Below are positions 39,116-49,360 of a stretch of 64,000 nt of DNA, piece by piece. A program made the translations under genes and the position numbers. Within the stretch, counting starts at the first letter, position 1. Each line of letters opens with the position of its first letter. The notes below the pieces were generated by a model. The model was given only the letters and a program-made list of their open reading frames with translations, was not told the DNA's origin and searched no databases. Location of the stretch: contig DASCMS010000088.1 in the NCBI GenBank assembly GCA_036011085.1, positions 1,855 to 65,854 of the forward strand, in the 5' to 3' direction. The DNA is from Candidatus Latescibacterota bacterium (GTDB taxonomy: Bacteria; Latescibacterota; UBA2968; UBA8231).

Positions 39116-41275
39116 ATGCCTGCCAAGATCCGTCTGGTCCTCGGCACGTCCGCCCTGTGCGCTCTCGTGGTGCTTCCCTTCGCTGCTCGCTTCCTTGCCG
39201 GCGGGGAGACACAGAGCCGTACGCACGCCGCCACACGCGTGGATTCTTCGGATATAGCCCAGCTGATTCGACGACAGCAGTTCGAGTCCGCCTATGATCT
39301 GCTGGGCGAACGAGGGCCGAAGGCCGGCCAGGACGTGGTCCACCAGTATCGGCTTGCCGTCTGTGAACGTGCTCTGGGCCTGGCGGACAGCGCCTATTCC
39401 CGCTTGCTGCGCCTGGAGGGTTCCGAGCCTCTGCTGGCGGACTACCGCCGGCTGTGGATCGCCCGCAGTCTCGAAACCCTCGCCTCCTCCAGCGCTGACA
39501 GCGCGGCCGCCATCGACGGGTACCGTGACCTTCTCGTCCTCTCGATCAGCCCTGCCGTTGCTGACTCAGCCCGTCTCTACCTTGGATCGGCCCTGCGCCA
39601 GGTCGGCCGGTATGAGGAAGCCCTGCAGACATACCGTGAGCATCGTACAGCCGCCGGCACATCGGCGGGCCTTTTGTCCCGGGTCTCGGAGGTCTCCCGG
39701 CTGCACGGCGACGATGTCGGCAGCCGGGCAACGCAGCTCGAGCTGATCCGCCGCTACCCGTCAGACCGATTGGCCCTGGACGCTTCGCGCCGTCTGCGTC
39801 CGCGCACCTGGGACGAACGCTACGCCCGCGCCCAGGTCTACTACCGCCACCGCGACGACCGCCGTGCCATCGACGATCTGCGCAAGCTCCTGATCGCCGA
39901 TCCCCGGCACGAGCTGGCACCCCGGGCCGAATACGTGCTCGGTCGCGCCTACGCCCGCTCCGGACAGCTTGCCCGAGCCCGGCACACCTTCGAACGCCTG
40001 CACGAACGACATGGCTGGCCGTCAGCGCTCTATCGACTGGCGGGCCTGCAGATCAGTGGCAATCAGGACCTGCAGGCCGTCGATACCTACGTCGATTTCT
40101 CGCGGCGCTATCCCGACCACGAACTGGCCGACGACGCCCTGTGGCAGGCCGCCAAGGCTGCCGAGCGACAGGACGATTTCGCCTCCTCTGAGCGCATCTA
40201 TGGTTTGCTCGCCAAGAGCTACGCCAGCAGCGATTACGCCGAGGAGTCCGCCTGGGGTGTGGGATTCAGTCTGTATTGCCAGCGACGGTACGAAGAGGCC
40301 CTGGTCGTGTTCCGTCGCGTCAGTCAACAGGCACGACAGCCCCATATCGTCGATCAGAGCCTGTTCTGGGCCGGCAAGGCCATGCTCCGCCTCGACCGTC
40401 AGGATGAGGCGAAGCTGCTGTTCGCCAGAGCAGCCAGCGGCTTCCCCCGCTCCTACTACGCCTCGCGCGCTGTCAGTATGGGCTATGGCGAGCCGCACCT
40501 GGCGCAGCCGCGTCAGACCTCTCTGCGTTCCCCCCTGGACGCGACCACTCTCGAGTTGCGCCATATCGTCGGTGCCGACCATGTGCGCCGGGCACTTGTC
40601 CTTGGCAATCTCGGCCTGGCCGCTACTGCCAGGAGCGAGTTGCGACTGGCAGAACGCGCCAACAAGGGGGATCCCGACGCCCTGCTGGTATTGCGCGACA
40701 GTTATGAGGTTCTCGGTCTGCACGACCGCGCCCTGTTGCTCAGTACGCGTTCGGCCCGTCAGGACGACGACATCCGCCGCCTCTACCCCAGCTACTACTG
40801 GGACGAAGTGGCCAGCGCCGCACAGAACGCCAGCGTCGATCCGTATCTCGTATTGTCTGTGATCCGGCAGGAGAGTTACTTCAACGAGGGCGCCGTGTCC
40901 CATGCGGGGGCCGTGGGACTCATGCAGATCATGCCGCAGACAGGGCGCAAGCTGGCCCGCAGCCTCGGGGTCAGGTCCTTCGAATGGCGCCAGCTGTTCG
41001 ACCCCGGCGTCTCGATCCAGCTGGGCTCCCGGTTCCTCGGAGAACAGGTGCGCTCTTTTACCGCCGACTCGAACGGTCTGCAGTTTCCGCTGGGGCTGGC
41101 CGCCTACAACGCCGGCCCTCGGGTGGCGCGACGCTGGCTCGAGCGCTTTCCCATCGAGGATGCCGACGCCTTCGTCGAGCGCATCCCCTACAAAGAGACA
41201 AGGCTGTACGTGAAGAAAGTTCTGAAGAATTACGCGATCTACAAGAGCCTAAACGGCTATGAGCCGGACGCGTGA
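39116..41275 (+). CDS. Soluble lytic murein transglycosylase (Slt70-like)
   Basis: Trimmed to the ATG at 39116, which begins a signal peptide. Long TPR-like superhelical region, then an SLT catalytic domain with ESYFNEGAVSHAGAVGLMQIMPQTG and AYNAGP. Confidence 0.85.
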   Translation: MPAKIRLVLGTSALCALVVLPFAARFLAGGETQSRTHAATRVDSSDIAQLIRRQQFESAYDLLGERGPKAGQDVVHQYRLAVCERALGLADSAYSRLLRLEGSEPLLADYRRLWIARSLETLASSSADSAAAIDGYRDLLVLSISPAVADSARLYLGSALRQVGRYEEALQTYREHRTAAGTSAGLLSRVSEVSRLHGDDVGSRATQLELIRRYPSDRLALDASRRLRPRTWDERYARAQVYYRHRDDRRAIDDLRKLLIADPRHELAPRAEYVLGRAYARSGQLARARHTFERLHERHGWPSALYRLAGLQISGNQDLQAVDTYVDFSRRYPDHELADDALWQAAKAAERQDDFASSERIYGLLAKSYASSDYAEESAWGVGFSLYCQRRYEEALVVFRRVSQQARQPHIVDQSLFWAGKAMLRLDRQDEAKLLFARAASGFPRSYYASRAVSMGYGEPHLAQPRQTSLRSPLDATTLELRHIVGADHVRRALVLGNLGLAATARSELRLAERANKGDPDALLVLRDSYEVLGLHDRALLLSTRSARQDDDIRRLYPSYYWDEVASAAQNASVDPYLVLSVIRQESYFNEGAVSHAGAVGLMQIMPQTGRKLARSLGVRSFEWRQLFDPGVSIQLGSRFLGEQVRSFTADSNGLQFPLGLAAYNAGPRVARRWLERFPIEDADAFVERIPYKETRLYVKKVLKNYAIYKSLNGYEPDA

Positions 41276-41511
41276 GCTGGCCACCGACTGCCGATACTGA
41301 GAGCACTGACGACCGCCCTGACTCGGGCAAACGGGGGCGCTTCATCGAGGATCTGTTCATCCTCCTCTGTGTGCTCAGCCTCTGGCCGGTGATCCTCGGG
41401 TGGCAGCACATGCTCTATGAGGTACTGCTCTACGCTGCTCTGGCTGGGCTCGTGTTCGTTCTCGTGCGGCGCGTCCGACGGTTCTCACAGGCACGCAACG
41501 GGAAAGACTGA
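41272..41511 (+). CDS. Hypothetical small 2-TM membrane protein
   Basis: 79 aa. GTG start overlaps the Slt stop (GTGA). Two hydrophobic helices. No recognisable family. Confidence 0.35.
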   Translation: MSWPPTADTESTDDRPDSGKRGRFIEDLFILLCVLSLWPVILGWQHMLYEVLLYAALAGLVFVLVRRVRRFSQARNGKD

Positions 41512-41524
41512 AGTCGCTGACTTC

Positions 41525-42439
41525 CTAGTCCTGGTTACTCGACACACGGCCGGCAACACGTTCGATCACCAGAACGACCACAGCTGCCAGCGCCATCAAT
41601 CCGAAGGCCAGAACGGCCTCACCGTCCCAGACATCAGGAAGCACACAGTCAAAGCCGCCCTCGGTTCCTTCGACCGACTGCCGGAAGGGCCAGACCTTAC
41701 GCATCGACCCGGCCATGAGCCCCACGAGAAAGGCCATCGTCGCCCCGTGGGCGCGGGCCAGCAACCAGCGCAACACTCGTGCGAACCCGAGGATGCCGGT
41801 GGCGAAGCCGACACCGAAAAGACCGATGATCACCAGGTCGCGGTCGTTCACCGCCCCGAGGATCTGCTGATACTTGCCCATGACGACGAGCAGAAAGGAA
41901 CCGCTGATTCCGGGTAGGATCATAGCGACGCTGGCCACCAGGCCGGCACCGATGAACTTGTACCACTCCACGCCCGTCTGCACCGGCACCAGCAAGGTGA
42001 CGGTGTAGCCGACGGCAGCGCCGACCCCTGTCGCCAGCCCGGTGGGCGGACCCCACTTGCCCACCTGCCGAGCCACGACCAGCAGGCTGGCGGCGATCAG
42101 CCCGGTGAGGGCGCCCCACACGGGAACGGGGTGGTACTCCAGGAGCCAGGTGATCCCTTTCGCCAGGGTGACGATGGCGCTGAAGATGCCCGCCAGCAGG
42201 GGCAGCAGAAACCCGATGTTGGCTCGCTCCAGCACCTCACCGAAGCGGCCGCGAAGCAGGGCGCTGACAAGATGTCGATCGATGCCGGCCACAGTGCCCA
42301 CGAGCTCATCGTAGATGCCGGTGATCAGCGCCATCGTGCCTCCCGACACGCCGGGGATGACGTCCGCCGTACCCATGGCGACTCCCCGCGTGAACAACCC
42401 GGCGGCGCGGCGGCGCATCGATCCGAACCACCCTGTCAT
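41525..42439 (-). CDS. DUF368 family membrane protein (polyprenyl-phosphate transporter family)
   Basis: ORF trimmed to the ATG at 42439. The repeated signature ADVIPGVSGGTMALITG ... ILPGISGSFLLVVMG is typical of DUF368. Confidence 0.85.
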   Translation of the reverse strand: MTGWFGSMRRRAAGLFTRGVAMGTADVIPGVSGGTMALITGIYDELVGTVAGIDRHLVSALLRGRFGEVLERANIGFLLPLLAGIFSAIVTLAKGITWLLEYHPVPVWGALTGLIAASLLVVARQVGKWGPPTGLATGVGAAVGYTVTLLVPVQTGVEWYKFIGAGLVASVAMILPGISGSFLLVVMGKYQQILGAVNDRDLVIIGLFGVGFATGILGFARVLRWLLARAHGATMAFLVGLMAGSMRKVWPFRQSVEGTEGGFDCVLPDVWDGEAVLAFGLMALAAVVVLVIERVAGRVSSNQD

Positions 42440-42479
42440 GCTGGCGCACTCAACGTTGGTCTCAGACTCCACGTCGTTC

Positions 42480-43643
42480 CTATTCCTTCCGTATGAGATC
42501 CTGCAGGCTGGTCCCGGTCGCCGTGAGGGCCTCCAGGACACGGTGATCGGCCCGGGGTATGGCAAAGTCGTGCAGACGGTCTGCATCAATCCACTCGAAG
42601 GCTGAACAACCCAGGGCGCGCACGCGGCCGGATCGATAGCGGGCAGCGAAGGCGTGCAGTGTGATCGACAGATGGGTGTATTCGTGGTCGACGCTGGCGA
42701 CCTCCTCCTCGACATCGATGGTGCAACCCAGCTCCTCGCGGATCTCCCGGGCCAGGCACTCGGCGAGGCTCTCGCCCGCTTCCTGTTTGCCGCCGGGAAA
42801 TTCCCACAGACCTGCCAGCATGCCACCCGGTGGTCGCTGCGCGATCAGCACCTTCCCCCGCCGTCGGATGATCCCCGCCGTCACCTGCAGGTGCGGCCGT
42901 TTCCGGCGCTGCGGCCTGGTGGGCAGCACGGAGGGATCCTCCAGTTCGGCTCGCGCCCGGCACCAGTCGGTCACCGGGCAGTCCCCGCAGCGCGGCTGCG
43001 CGGGCAGGCAGATTCGCGCTCCCAGCTCCATCAACGCCTGATTCAGGTCACCAGCGCCCGTGCTGGTACTGCGTGACGACGACCGGCGTGGCGGCATGAG
43101 GGCTTCCCCGTGGCGCACCATCTGGCTGCGCACGGAAGCTCGTCGTGGATCCCCTTCGAGGCGCAGCAAACGGCTGAATACACGCATCATGTTGCCGTCC
43201 AGCGCCGGGTGCGGACGATCGAAGACGATGGAGCTGACGGCGGCTGCGGTGTACGGACCGACGCCGGGCAGCCCGATCAGTCCATCATAGGTATCGGGCA
43301 GATCACCATCGTGATCCTCGACCACGGCACGCGCTGCCTGGTGCAGATGGCGCGCCCTGGAATAGTATCCCAGACCCTCCCACGCCTTGAGGACCTCCGC
43401 CTCTTTGGCGACGGCGAGAGCGGTGACCGTGGGAAAGCGCTCCAGGAAGCGTTCGTAGTAACCACGAGCGGTCTCGACACGAGTCTGCTGCAGCATCACC
43501 TCCGACAGCCACACGGCATAGGGATCATCGGTGCGCCGCCACGGCAGGTCGCGTCTGTGTTTCCCGTACCAGCGCAGCAGGTTCCTTCTGAAGACGGACC
43601 GATGGCGGCCGTCCTCGATCCATGCCGCCGGTGGCTGACTCAT
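42480..43643 (-). CDS. mutY: A/G-specific adenine DNA glycosylase MutY
   Basis: DLPWRRTDDPYAVWLSEVMLQQTRV, HhH LPGVGPYTAAAV, 4Fe-4S loop C..PRCGDCPVTDWC, and a C-terminal NUDIX-like domain. Confidence 0.9.
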   Translation of the reverse strand: MSQPPAAWIEDGRHRSVFRRNLLRWYGKHRRDLPWRRTDDPYAVWLSEVMLQQTRVETARGYYERFLERFPTVTALAVAKEAEVLKAWEGLGYYSRARHLHQAARAVVEDHDGDLPDTYDGLIGLPGVGPYTAAAVSSIVFDRPHPALDGNMMRVFSRLLRLEGDPRRASVRSQMVRHGEALMPPRRSSSRSTSTGAGDLNQALMELGARICLPAQPRCGDCPVTDWCRARAELEDPSVLPTRPQRRKRPHLQVTAGIIRRRGKVLIAQRPPGGMLAGLWEFPGGKQEAGESLAECLAREIREELGCTIDVEEEVASVDHEYTHLSITLHAFAARYRSGRVRALGCSAFEWIDADRLHDFAIPRADHRVLEALTATGTSLQDLIRKE

Positions 43644-44656
43644 CGGACCGCAGCGGCTCGGAAGGCATCGACTGGGAGACCGGGTACGCCATCTGACGAA
43701 ATCTGTTTGTGGGCGGCCACGAGGCAGTTCAGCACGGCCTCCTCGCAGGCATCGGCGCCGGCCGCGTACAGGGCCGGCAGAGCCGACTCCGGTGTCGCTC
43801 TGGCGGTGACGGTGCCTGGCGTCAGTCCCGCCAGACCGTCGTCCAGGCCCGTCGTCGACACGGCGATGACGGTCCCCGTCGTCGTCAGCTCATCCACCAG
43901 ACCGACGCGAATCAGGCCGAAGGCCGCACGTTGTGCCAGTCGCTGGAGCTGCCCCGGCAACAGGGGCGCGTCCGTGACGATGACCCCGGCGAAGGCCCGT
44001 CGCCTGGACAGGGGCAAGGCCGCTTGTCCCGCCAGCCAGCGTCCTACGGGAATGCCGTCCACTGTCAGATGTCCGGGCTCACCACCATTGGCGGCCACCA
44101 GCACGCCCACCATCCCCGGATCGCTGATCCGCGAGGAACTGCCGATGCCGGCGCGAACACCGAAGGCCGACAGCGACTGGCCGACGCCGACCTGCCCCTC
44201 GGGCACAGCGCCGTGGGAGGCAGTCGACAGGGCGGCTGCCACCTGTCCGACGCCGAGGGCTGCGTGCAGCGATACCGCCGGGGCCCACACGCCATCGACG
44301 GCGATCACCGCCGGTGGCCAACCTTCATCCTCGCCGAGACCGGGATCCTGGCTGAAGCCGTAGTCGAGCAAGCCGTCGTAGACACGTCCCACCGCTGGCG
44401 CCGGCGCCAGGGCGATGGGCGTCGACAAGGCGCCGAAGTCCTCGAGCATGGCCAGCCCCGTCGTGTCGTCGCCACCGTCGAGGGACCAGCGGCCGGCATA
44501 GTAACGCCTGGGAGCATCGGCGAAGGGCACCACGACCGTTATACCCCCCACGGCACCGCGAGCGTGGCCGACGCTGACGCCGTCGACGTCGGTAATGGTA
44601 TTGTTGGGCCCTGCCGGCAGATTCCCCACGGCGAGTCCGAGGTCACGCAGTCGCAC
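43640..44656 (-). CDS. P1/S58 family peptidase (DmpA/L-aminopeptidase-like), no signal peptide
   Basis: LRDLGLAVGNLPAGPNNTITDVDGVSVGH..., then GVGQSLSAFGVRAGIGSSS..., then IVTDAPLLPGQLQRLAQRAAFGLIRVG. These are DmpA-family blocks. Confidence 0.75.
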   Translation of the reverse strand: MRLRDLGLAVGNLPAGPNNTITDVDGVSVGHARGAVGGITVVVPFADAPRRYYAGRWSLDGGDDTTGLAMLEDFGALSTPIALAPAPAVGRVYDGLLDYGFSQDPGLGEDEGWPPAVIAVDGVWAPAVSLHAALGVGQVAAALSTASHGAVPEGQVGVGQSLSAFGVRAGIGSSSRISDPGMVGVLVAANGGEPGHLTVDGIPVGRWLAGQAALPLSRRRAFAGVIVTDAPLLPGQLQRLAQRAAFGLIRVGLVDELTTTGTVIAVSTTGLDDGLAGLTPGTVTARATPESALPALYAAGADACEEAVLNCLVAAHKQISSDGVPGLPVDAFRAAAVR

Positions 44657-44660
44657 GGGT

Positions 44661-45932
44661 CTACTCGAGCCGGCCGTAACGTCCCATGACGTCGGCCAGC
44701 CTGTCGAGGGGAAGGGCGTGTATGGTGTTGCCGTCTCGTCCCACCATGGTGGTGGCAGCTGTCAGCGAGTTCAGAATCGCCTCTTCGGTTGCCTCCACAA
44801 CGCCGGTATGCAGCCAGCTCATGCGCGAGGTGTGCAGAACCTGCAGGCTCTCGGCCGCCGCCGGGCCCGCCTCGTTGCCGGTGGAGAAGGCGATGGCCAG
44901 GTCGCCGCTGCCATGGGTCGACACGGCGCCGGTACGTCCCATGCCGATGGCGGCGCGACGGCACAGCCGTTGCAGCTGTACCGGCAGCAGCGGCGCATCG
45001 GTGGCGATGACGATGAGCAGAGAGTTCCCTGAGGGGACTTCTTCCGGGCCGCCGCGCTCGGGTAGCAGATCGACGATCTGTCTGCCTACGGGGACGCCGT
45101 TGACGACCATCTGGTGACGGCCACCGAAGTTGGCCTGCACGAGAACACCCACGCGCCAGGCGCCGTCACTGTCGGCTTTTCCGGCGGGCACCAGCCGCGA
45201 CGATGTGCCGATCCCCGCCTTGAACTGGAAGGCCCGCATGCCGGTGCCACCGCCGACACAGCCTTCCGCGACGGGGCCGTCGGCAGCGGCGGTGAGGGCC
45301 CGGGCCACCTCGACGCTGCCCACGTGGCGACCGATGGTATCGTTGAGAAAATCCGCCCACGTCTCGCCGACGACGGGATCGGGACGAACCGCGCCGTCAA
45401 AGGCGTCGGCATCCCGCGCCAGTGCCCACTGCACGCCGCCGTCGTGCACCCGGCCGACGCTGCCGGTGTCGGTGAGCAGGATCGGTCCACCGAGGATGCC
45501 CGTTCTTCGCACCGGTCCAAGACCGGTGAACTCGCCGTTGCCGTTGATCGTCAGGTCGGCGGCGTACACCGGTCGGCGCCAGGGCGAATCAGGGCGTGGC
45601 AGAATGGCGGTGACGCCGGTGCGCACCGGCCCGCGGCCGATGATGAGAGGGCCGTCGCCGCGGATCAACGTCGTATGGCCGACGCGGACACCGGTCACAT
45701 CAGTAATCGCATTGAAGGATCCCGTCGGTAAGTCACCAATGATTATCCCGAGATCACGAAGCCGGGCCCGCTCACCGACTCGACGAGAGCGGGAGGTCGT
45801 CGTGCCCGGCGCGCAGGACAGCGCCGGCAGGGCCGCCGCCGTCAGGGACAGACCAAGAAAGCGCCGGCGGGACAGCTCGGAGCCGGGGTGCACCTTATTC
45901 ACGTGCGCTGCAGATCGTCGCCCGCTTTGCAC
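44661..45932 (-). CDS. P1/S58 family peptidase (DmpA-like) with twin-arginine signal
   Basis: Tat motif SRRRFLGLSL, then LRDLGIIIGDLPTGSFNAITDVTGVRVGH and IATDAPLLPVQLQRLCRRAAIGMGRTG. The start may be a later GTG (45893), which would avoid the overlap with the upstream gene. Confidence 0.75.
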   Translation of the reverse strand: MQSGRRSAAHVNKVHPGSELSRRRFLGLSLTAAALPALSCAPGTTTSRSRRVGERARLRDLGIIIGDLPTGSFNAITDVTGVRVGHTTLIRGDGPLIIGRGPVRTGVTAILPRPDSPWRRPVYAADLTINGNGEFTGLGPVRRTGILGGPILLTDTGSVGRVHDGGVQWALARDADAFDGAVRPDPVVGETWADFLNDTIGRHVGSVEVARALTAAADGPVAEGCVGGGTGMRAFQFKAGIGTSSRLVPAGKADSDGAWRVGVLVQANFGGRHQMVVNGVPVGRQIVDLLPERGGPEEVPSGNSLLIVIATDAPLLPVQLQRLCRRAAIGMGRTGAVSTHGSGDLAIAFSTGNEAGPAAAESLQVLHTSRMSWLHTGVVEATEEAILNSLTAATTMVGRDGNTIHALPLDRLADVMGRYGRLE

Positions 45933-46777
45933 TTGCGCAGCCCCACGCCGGCGCGCTCTTCGAGCCCCATCCAGGCGTATGGATCGTCGCCGCTGACCAT
46001 GACGATGTCGCGGTAGTCGGCCCGCGACGGAGGCTCCCCTTCGCGGGCCTGCCAGGGCAGTCGCGACCAGGCGTTCATGTAGTGGTTGACCAGCGCCCGC
46101 CGGTACATCTGACTGCGATTCCGGCGTGATCGGTGCAGCAGGTAACCATTGAAGAACACCGCATCCCCCGTCTTCACTTCCACGGCGATCTCAGCCGCAT
46201 CGTCGAATCCGCAGGACTCGGGCGCAAAATCGAACTCCTCGGGATCGTCGTGCGGCCGCTGATCGTACAGAGCCCACTTGTGAGAACCGGGGATCACATA
46301 GAGGCAGCCGTTGTCGACGGTGGCGTCGTCGAGGGCGATCCAGCCCCCGGTGAGAGAGCGATCTCGCGTGGGAATGAAGATCTCGTCCTGGTGCCAGGCC
46401 TGCCCCTGAAATCCAGGCGGTTTGACGAACAGCATCGACTGCATGCACTTCACGTCGGGACCGATGATGCGCTGCAGTACCATTACCAGTCCCGGGTGCT
46501 GCACGCCGCGCTCGAGCAGGACCGGGCTGATTTTGTGCGGATGGTGGATGCACAGAAAGCTGCGCAGCACGTCATCGTCGCTCATTCCGGGGTCCATGGG
46601 CTCGAGATTGGGATGGGGGTATTCCCCGCGACAGATACGCAGGGTATCGGTGCGCAGCTCCTCCACGTCCGCGGCAGATACCAGTCCCGGCACGATGAGA
46701 TAACCCTGGTCGTGATAGAACTCGACATCCTGATCGGTGATGTTCACGTGCACGGTATCTGCATTCTCCTGATTCAT
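45899..46777 (-). CDS. Phytanoyl-CoA dioxygenase (PhyH) family Fe(II)/2-oxoglutarate oxygenase
   Basis: FYHDQGYLIVPGL..., then QAWHQDEIF (HxD), then GCLYVIPGSH..., then GDAVFFNGYLLHRSRRN. Confidence 0.8.
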   Translation of the reverse strand: MNQENADTVHVNITDQDVEFYHDQGYLIVPGLVSAADVEELRTDTLRICRGEYPHPNLEPMDPGMSDDDVLRSFLCIHHPHKISPVLLERGVQHPGLVMVLQRIIGPDVKCMQSMLFVKPPGFQGQAWHQDEIFIPTRDRSLTGGWIALDDATVDNGCLYVIPGSHKWALYDQRPHDDPEEFDFAPESCGFDDAAEIAVEVKTGDAVFFNGYLLHRSRRNRSQMYRRALVNHYMNAWSRLPWQAREGEPPSRADYRDIVMVSGDDPYAWMGLEERAGVGLRKCKAGDDLQRT

Positions 46778-47865
46778 GGTGCGGCGGCGGTGGCGATGGC
46801 CTGGCCCAGATCCTGCGTCTTCATGGTGCCGCCGAGATCCGGCGTACCCGTTCCCTCTGCCGACAGCACGTCGGTGACCGCGACGTCGATGCGACCCGCC
46901 GCGGCGATGGCCTCGACGTCGTCATGGCGGTGTCCGAGCCAGCGCAGCATCATGGCCGCTGACAGGATCGTCGCCACGGGATTGGCGATCCCCTGACCGA
47001 CGATGTCGGGTGCCGTGCCGTGAGATGGCTGGAACACGGCGGCATCCTCACCGATATCGCCAGAGGGTGCCATGCCGAGGCCACCGACGAGGCCAGCCCC
47101 GAGATCGGAGAGGATGTCGCCGTACATGTTTTCCGTCACCATCACATCGTAGGTCTCGGGGCGCTGCACCATGTACAGAGACATGGCGTCCACGTAGGCA
47201 TGATCGGCGGCGGTATCGTCTTCGGCGGCCACGCCGTCGAAGACGCTGCGGAAGAAGGCCATCGACTTGAATACGTTGGCCTTGTCGACGCAGGTCACGT
47301 GCGTGGTCCGGGGGCCGCGCCGACCATCGGCACGTTCGGCGTGACGGTCGGCGGCCAGCTGGAAGGCGTAGCGGGAGATGCGTTCGGTTCCCGAGCGCGT
47401 GATCACCATGCTGTCCACCGCCGTCTCGTCACGCAGCTGAATACCGCCGTTCATCGACGCAAACAGTCCCTCGACATTTTCCCGGAGGATGACGAAATCG
47501 ATGTCTCCGGCGCCGTATCCCTTCAGCGGACAGTGGTGCTCGGCGTACAGATAGATCGGCCGCACGCCGGCGTACAGGTCGAGAAGAAAGCGCAGGTCCA
47601 CCTGGGGCCGCATCTCGGTGCCGTCCGGCCAGCGCACATCCGGGAGCCCCATCGCACCGAGCAACACGGCGTCGACGGTACGACAGGCCTCCACCGTCGC
47701 CTCGGGCAACGGCTCACCGGTCTCCAGATAGCAGTTGGCGCCGCAGGGATGCTCGGTGTAGCGCAGCGTCGCTCCCCCGGCAGCGTCGAGCACACGCTGG
47801 GCCTCGGCAACCACCTCCGGCGCGATCCCGTCTCCCGGCAGAACGGCGATGTCATATGATCTCAT
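46774..47865 (-). CDS. Isocitrate/isopropylmalate dehydrogenase family enzyme (tartrate/D-malate dehydrogenase-like)
   Basis: ORF trimmed to the ATG at 47865 ([19 protein letters not shown]...). Motifs [24 protein letters not shown] and [15 protein letters not shown]. Confidence 0.85.
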   Translation of the reverse strand: MRSYDIAVLPGDGIAPEVVAEAQRVLDAAGGATLRYTEHPCGANCYLETGEPLPEATVEACRTVDAVLLGAMGLPDVRWPDGTEMRPQVDLRFLLDLYAGVRPIYLYAEHHCPLKGYGAGDIDFVILRENVEGLFASMNGGIQLRDETAVDSMVITRSGTERISRYAFQLAADRHAERADGRRGPRTTHVTCVDKANVFKSMAFFRSVFDGVAAEDDTAADHAYVDAMSLYMVQRPETYDVMVTENMYGDILSDLGAGLVGGLGMAPSGDIGEDAAVFQPSHGTAPDIVGQGIANPVATILSAAMMLRWLGHRHDDVEAIAAAGRIDVAVTDVLSAEGTGTPDLGGTMKTQDLGQAIATAAAP

Positions 47866-47877
47866 CGGAACGTCCGC

Positions 47878-47924
47878 CGAGATCGCTGCCGGGGACGCGG
47901 GACCGGGGCGGAGGAGCGATCTCG
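47878..47924 (-). other. Intercistronic stem-loop (10-bp perfect stem, 27-nt loop)
   Basis: CGAGATCGCT (47878-47887) pairs with AGCGATCTCG (47915-47924). It lies between the enolase-family stop (47976) and the dehydrogenase start (47865). Confidence 0.4.
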
Positions 47925-47975
47925 AGTTGGCGGCGTTGGACCACTGCTTGTCCGGGGATTCACGTACACGCCGCC

Positions 47976-49253
47976 CTATGACCAGAGTCGGTCGTGTGCC
48001 GTCAGCCGATCCCACTCGTCGGTCGGGCCGAAAGCTTCAGGCGCGTCCGGATCGGCGAACTCGCGGACCACATCGTCGTTGAGGCCGGTGAAGCCGAGCC
48101 CCGGCGTCTCCGGAACGGCGATATGGCCGTCTTCGATGAGCGGCACGGGCAACCCCTCGACCAGGCTGCTCCAGCGTTCCATGTCGTCGACGGAGTGATT
48201 CTCCAGAACCATGAAATTCTCCGTTGCCGCCGCAGCGTGTACCGAAGCCATGGCGGCCACCGGAGACATGGCCATATGCAGGGCCATGGCGATGCCCGCC
48301 TCCTGGGCGGCGTCACCGATCTTCTTCGTCTCCAGGATGCCGCCAGATGATGCCAGGTCCGGATGGACCACGGCGATGGCGCGCTGTTCGAAGAGATCGC
48401 TGAAGCCCTCCTTCAGGTAGATGTCCTCACCGGTGCAGATTGGCGTATCCACAGCCTCGGAAAGGCGTCTGTACTGATCGGCAAACTGCCAGGGGATCAG
48501 GTCCTCGTACCAGGCGAGGCTGAACTGATCCAGCGCCTTGCCGACGCGGATGCACGACTCCAGCCCCATGTGACCGAAGTGGTCGACTGCCAGTGGGATC
48601 TCGTAGCCCACGACATCCCGTACGGCAGCCACGTACTCACACAGCACACCGATCCCTTTTTCCGTGATCTGGATTCCCGTGAAGGGATGCATGATGGTGT
48701 GGATCTGCCGCATGCCCGGAGGCGCGATCACACAGTCCGACTTGCCCCTCAGGTTGCCCAGACCGATATCCATCTTGAGGAAGCCGAATCCGGACTCCAT
48801 GCGCTCCTTCAGGCGGCGGCCCATTTCGGTCCCGTCCTCTTCGGACGGCGTGTCGCAGTAACACAGGACCCGATCGCGAAACTTGCCGCCCGCCAGCATG
48901 TACGCGGGAACCCCGTAGGCCTTGCCCGCCAGATCCATCAGCGCCATCTCAACGCCACAGACACCCCCGGCCTGACGCGCATGGTGGCCGAACTGCTTGA
49001 TGCGGCGAAACAGACGATCCACATCGCAGGGGTTCTCGCCGAGGAGTCGGCTCTTGAGAGTCAGCGCGTATTCGCGGTTGCCGCCATCACGCACCTCACC
49101 GTACCCGGAGATGCCCTGATTCGTGTCGATACGGATCAGAACCGAGCGGAAGGGCGCGCCCGTCAGACAGGCAACACGCAGATCGGTAATCTTCAAGCTT
49201 GATGGACGGGAGGCTGTGCTCACGCTGGCTTCGGCACTCACGGGATTCTCCAT
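47976..49253 (-). CDS. Enolase superfamily enzyme (mandelate racemase / acid-sugar dehydratase-like)
   Basis: 425 aa. LKITDLRV...IRIDTNQGISGYGE, GVCGVEMALMDLAGKAYGVPAYMLAGG, AVDHFGH, and EDLIP...TGEDIY metal-ligand pattern. Confidence 0.8.
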   Translation of the reverse strand: MENPVSAEASVSTASRPSSLKITDLRVACLTGAPFRSVLIRIDTNQGISGYGEVRDGGNREYALTLKSRLLGENPCDVDRLFRRIKQFGHHARQAGGVCGVEMALMDLAGKAYGVPAYMLAGGKFRDRVLCYCDTPSEEDGTEMGRRLKERMESGFGFLKMDIGLGNLRGKSDCVIAPPGMRQIHTIMHPFTGIQITEKGIGVLCEYVAAVRDVVGYEIPLAVDHFGHMGLESCIRVGKALDQFSLAWYEDLIPWQFADQYRRLSEAVDTPICTGEDIYLKEGFSDLFEQRAIAVVHPDLASSGGILETKKIGDAAQEAGIAMALHMAMSPVAAMASVHAAAATENFMVLENHSVDDMERWSSLVEGLPVPLIEDGHIAVPETPGLGFTGLNDDVVREFADPDAPEAFGPTDEWDRLTAHDRLWS

Positions 49254-49360
49254 GGCCTGGATGGAATGATCTGAACCTGAATACGGTAGGTGAGCCCTTC
49301 GGAAGCGTCAACGCCTCTCATTCCTTGTGTCATCGTAATAAGGCGGTCACATTCTTACGC

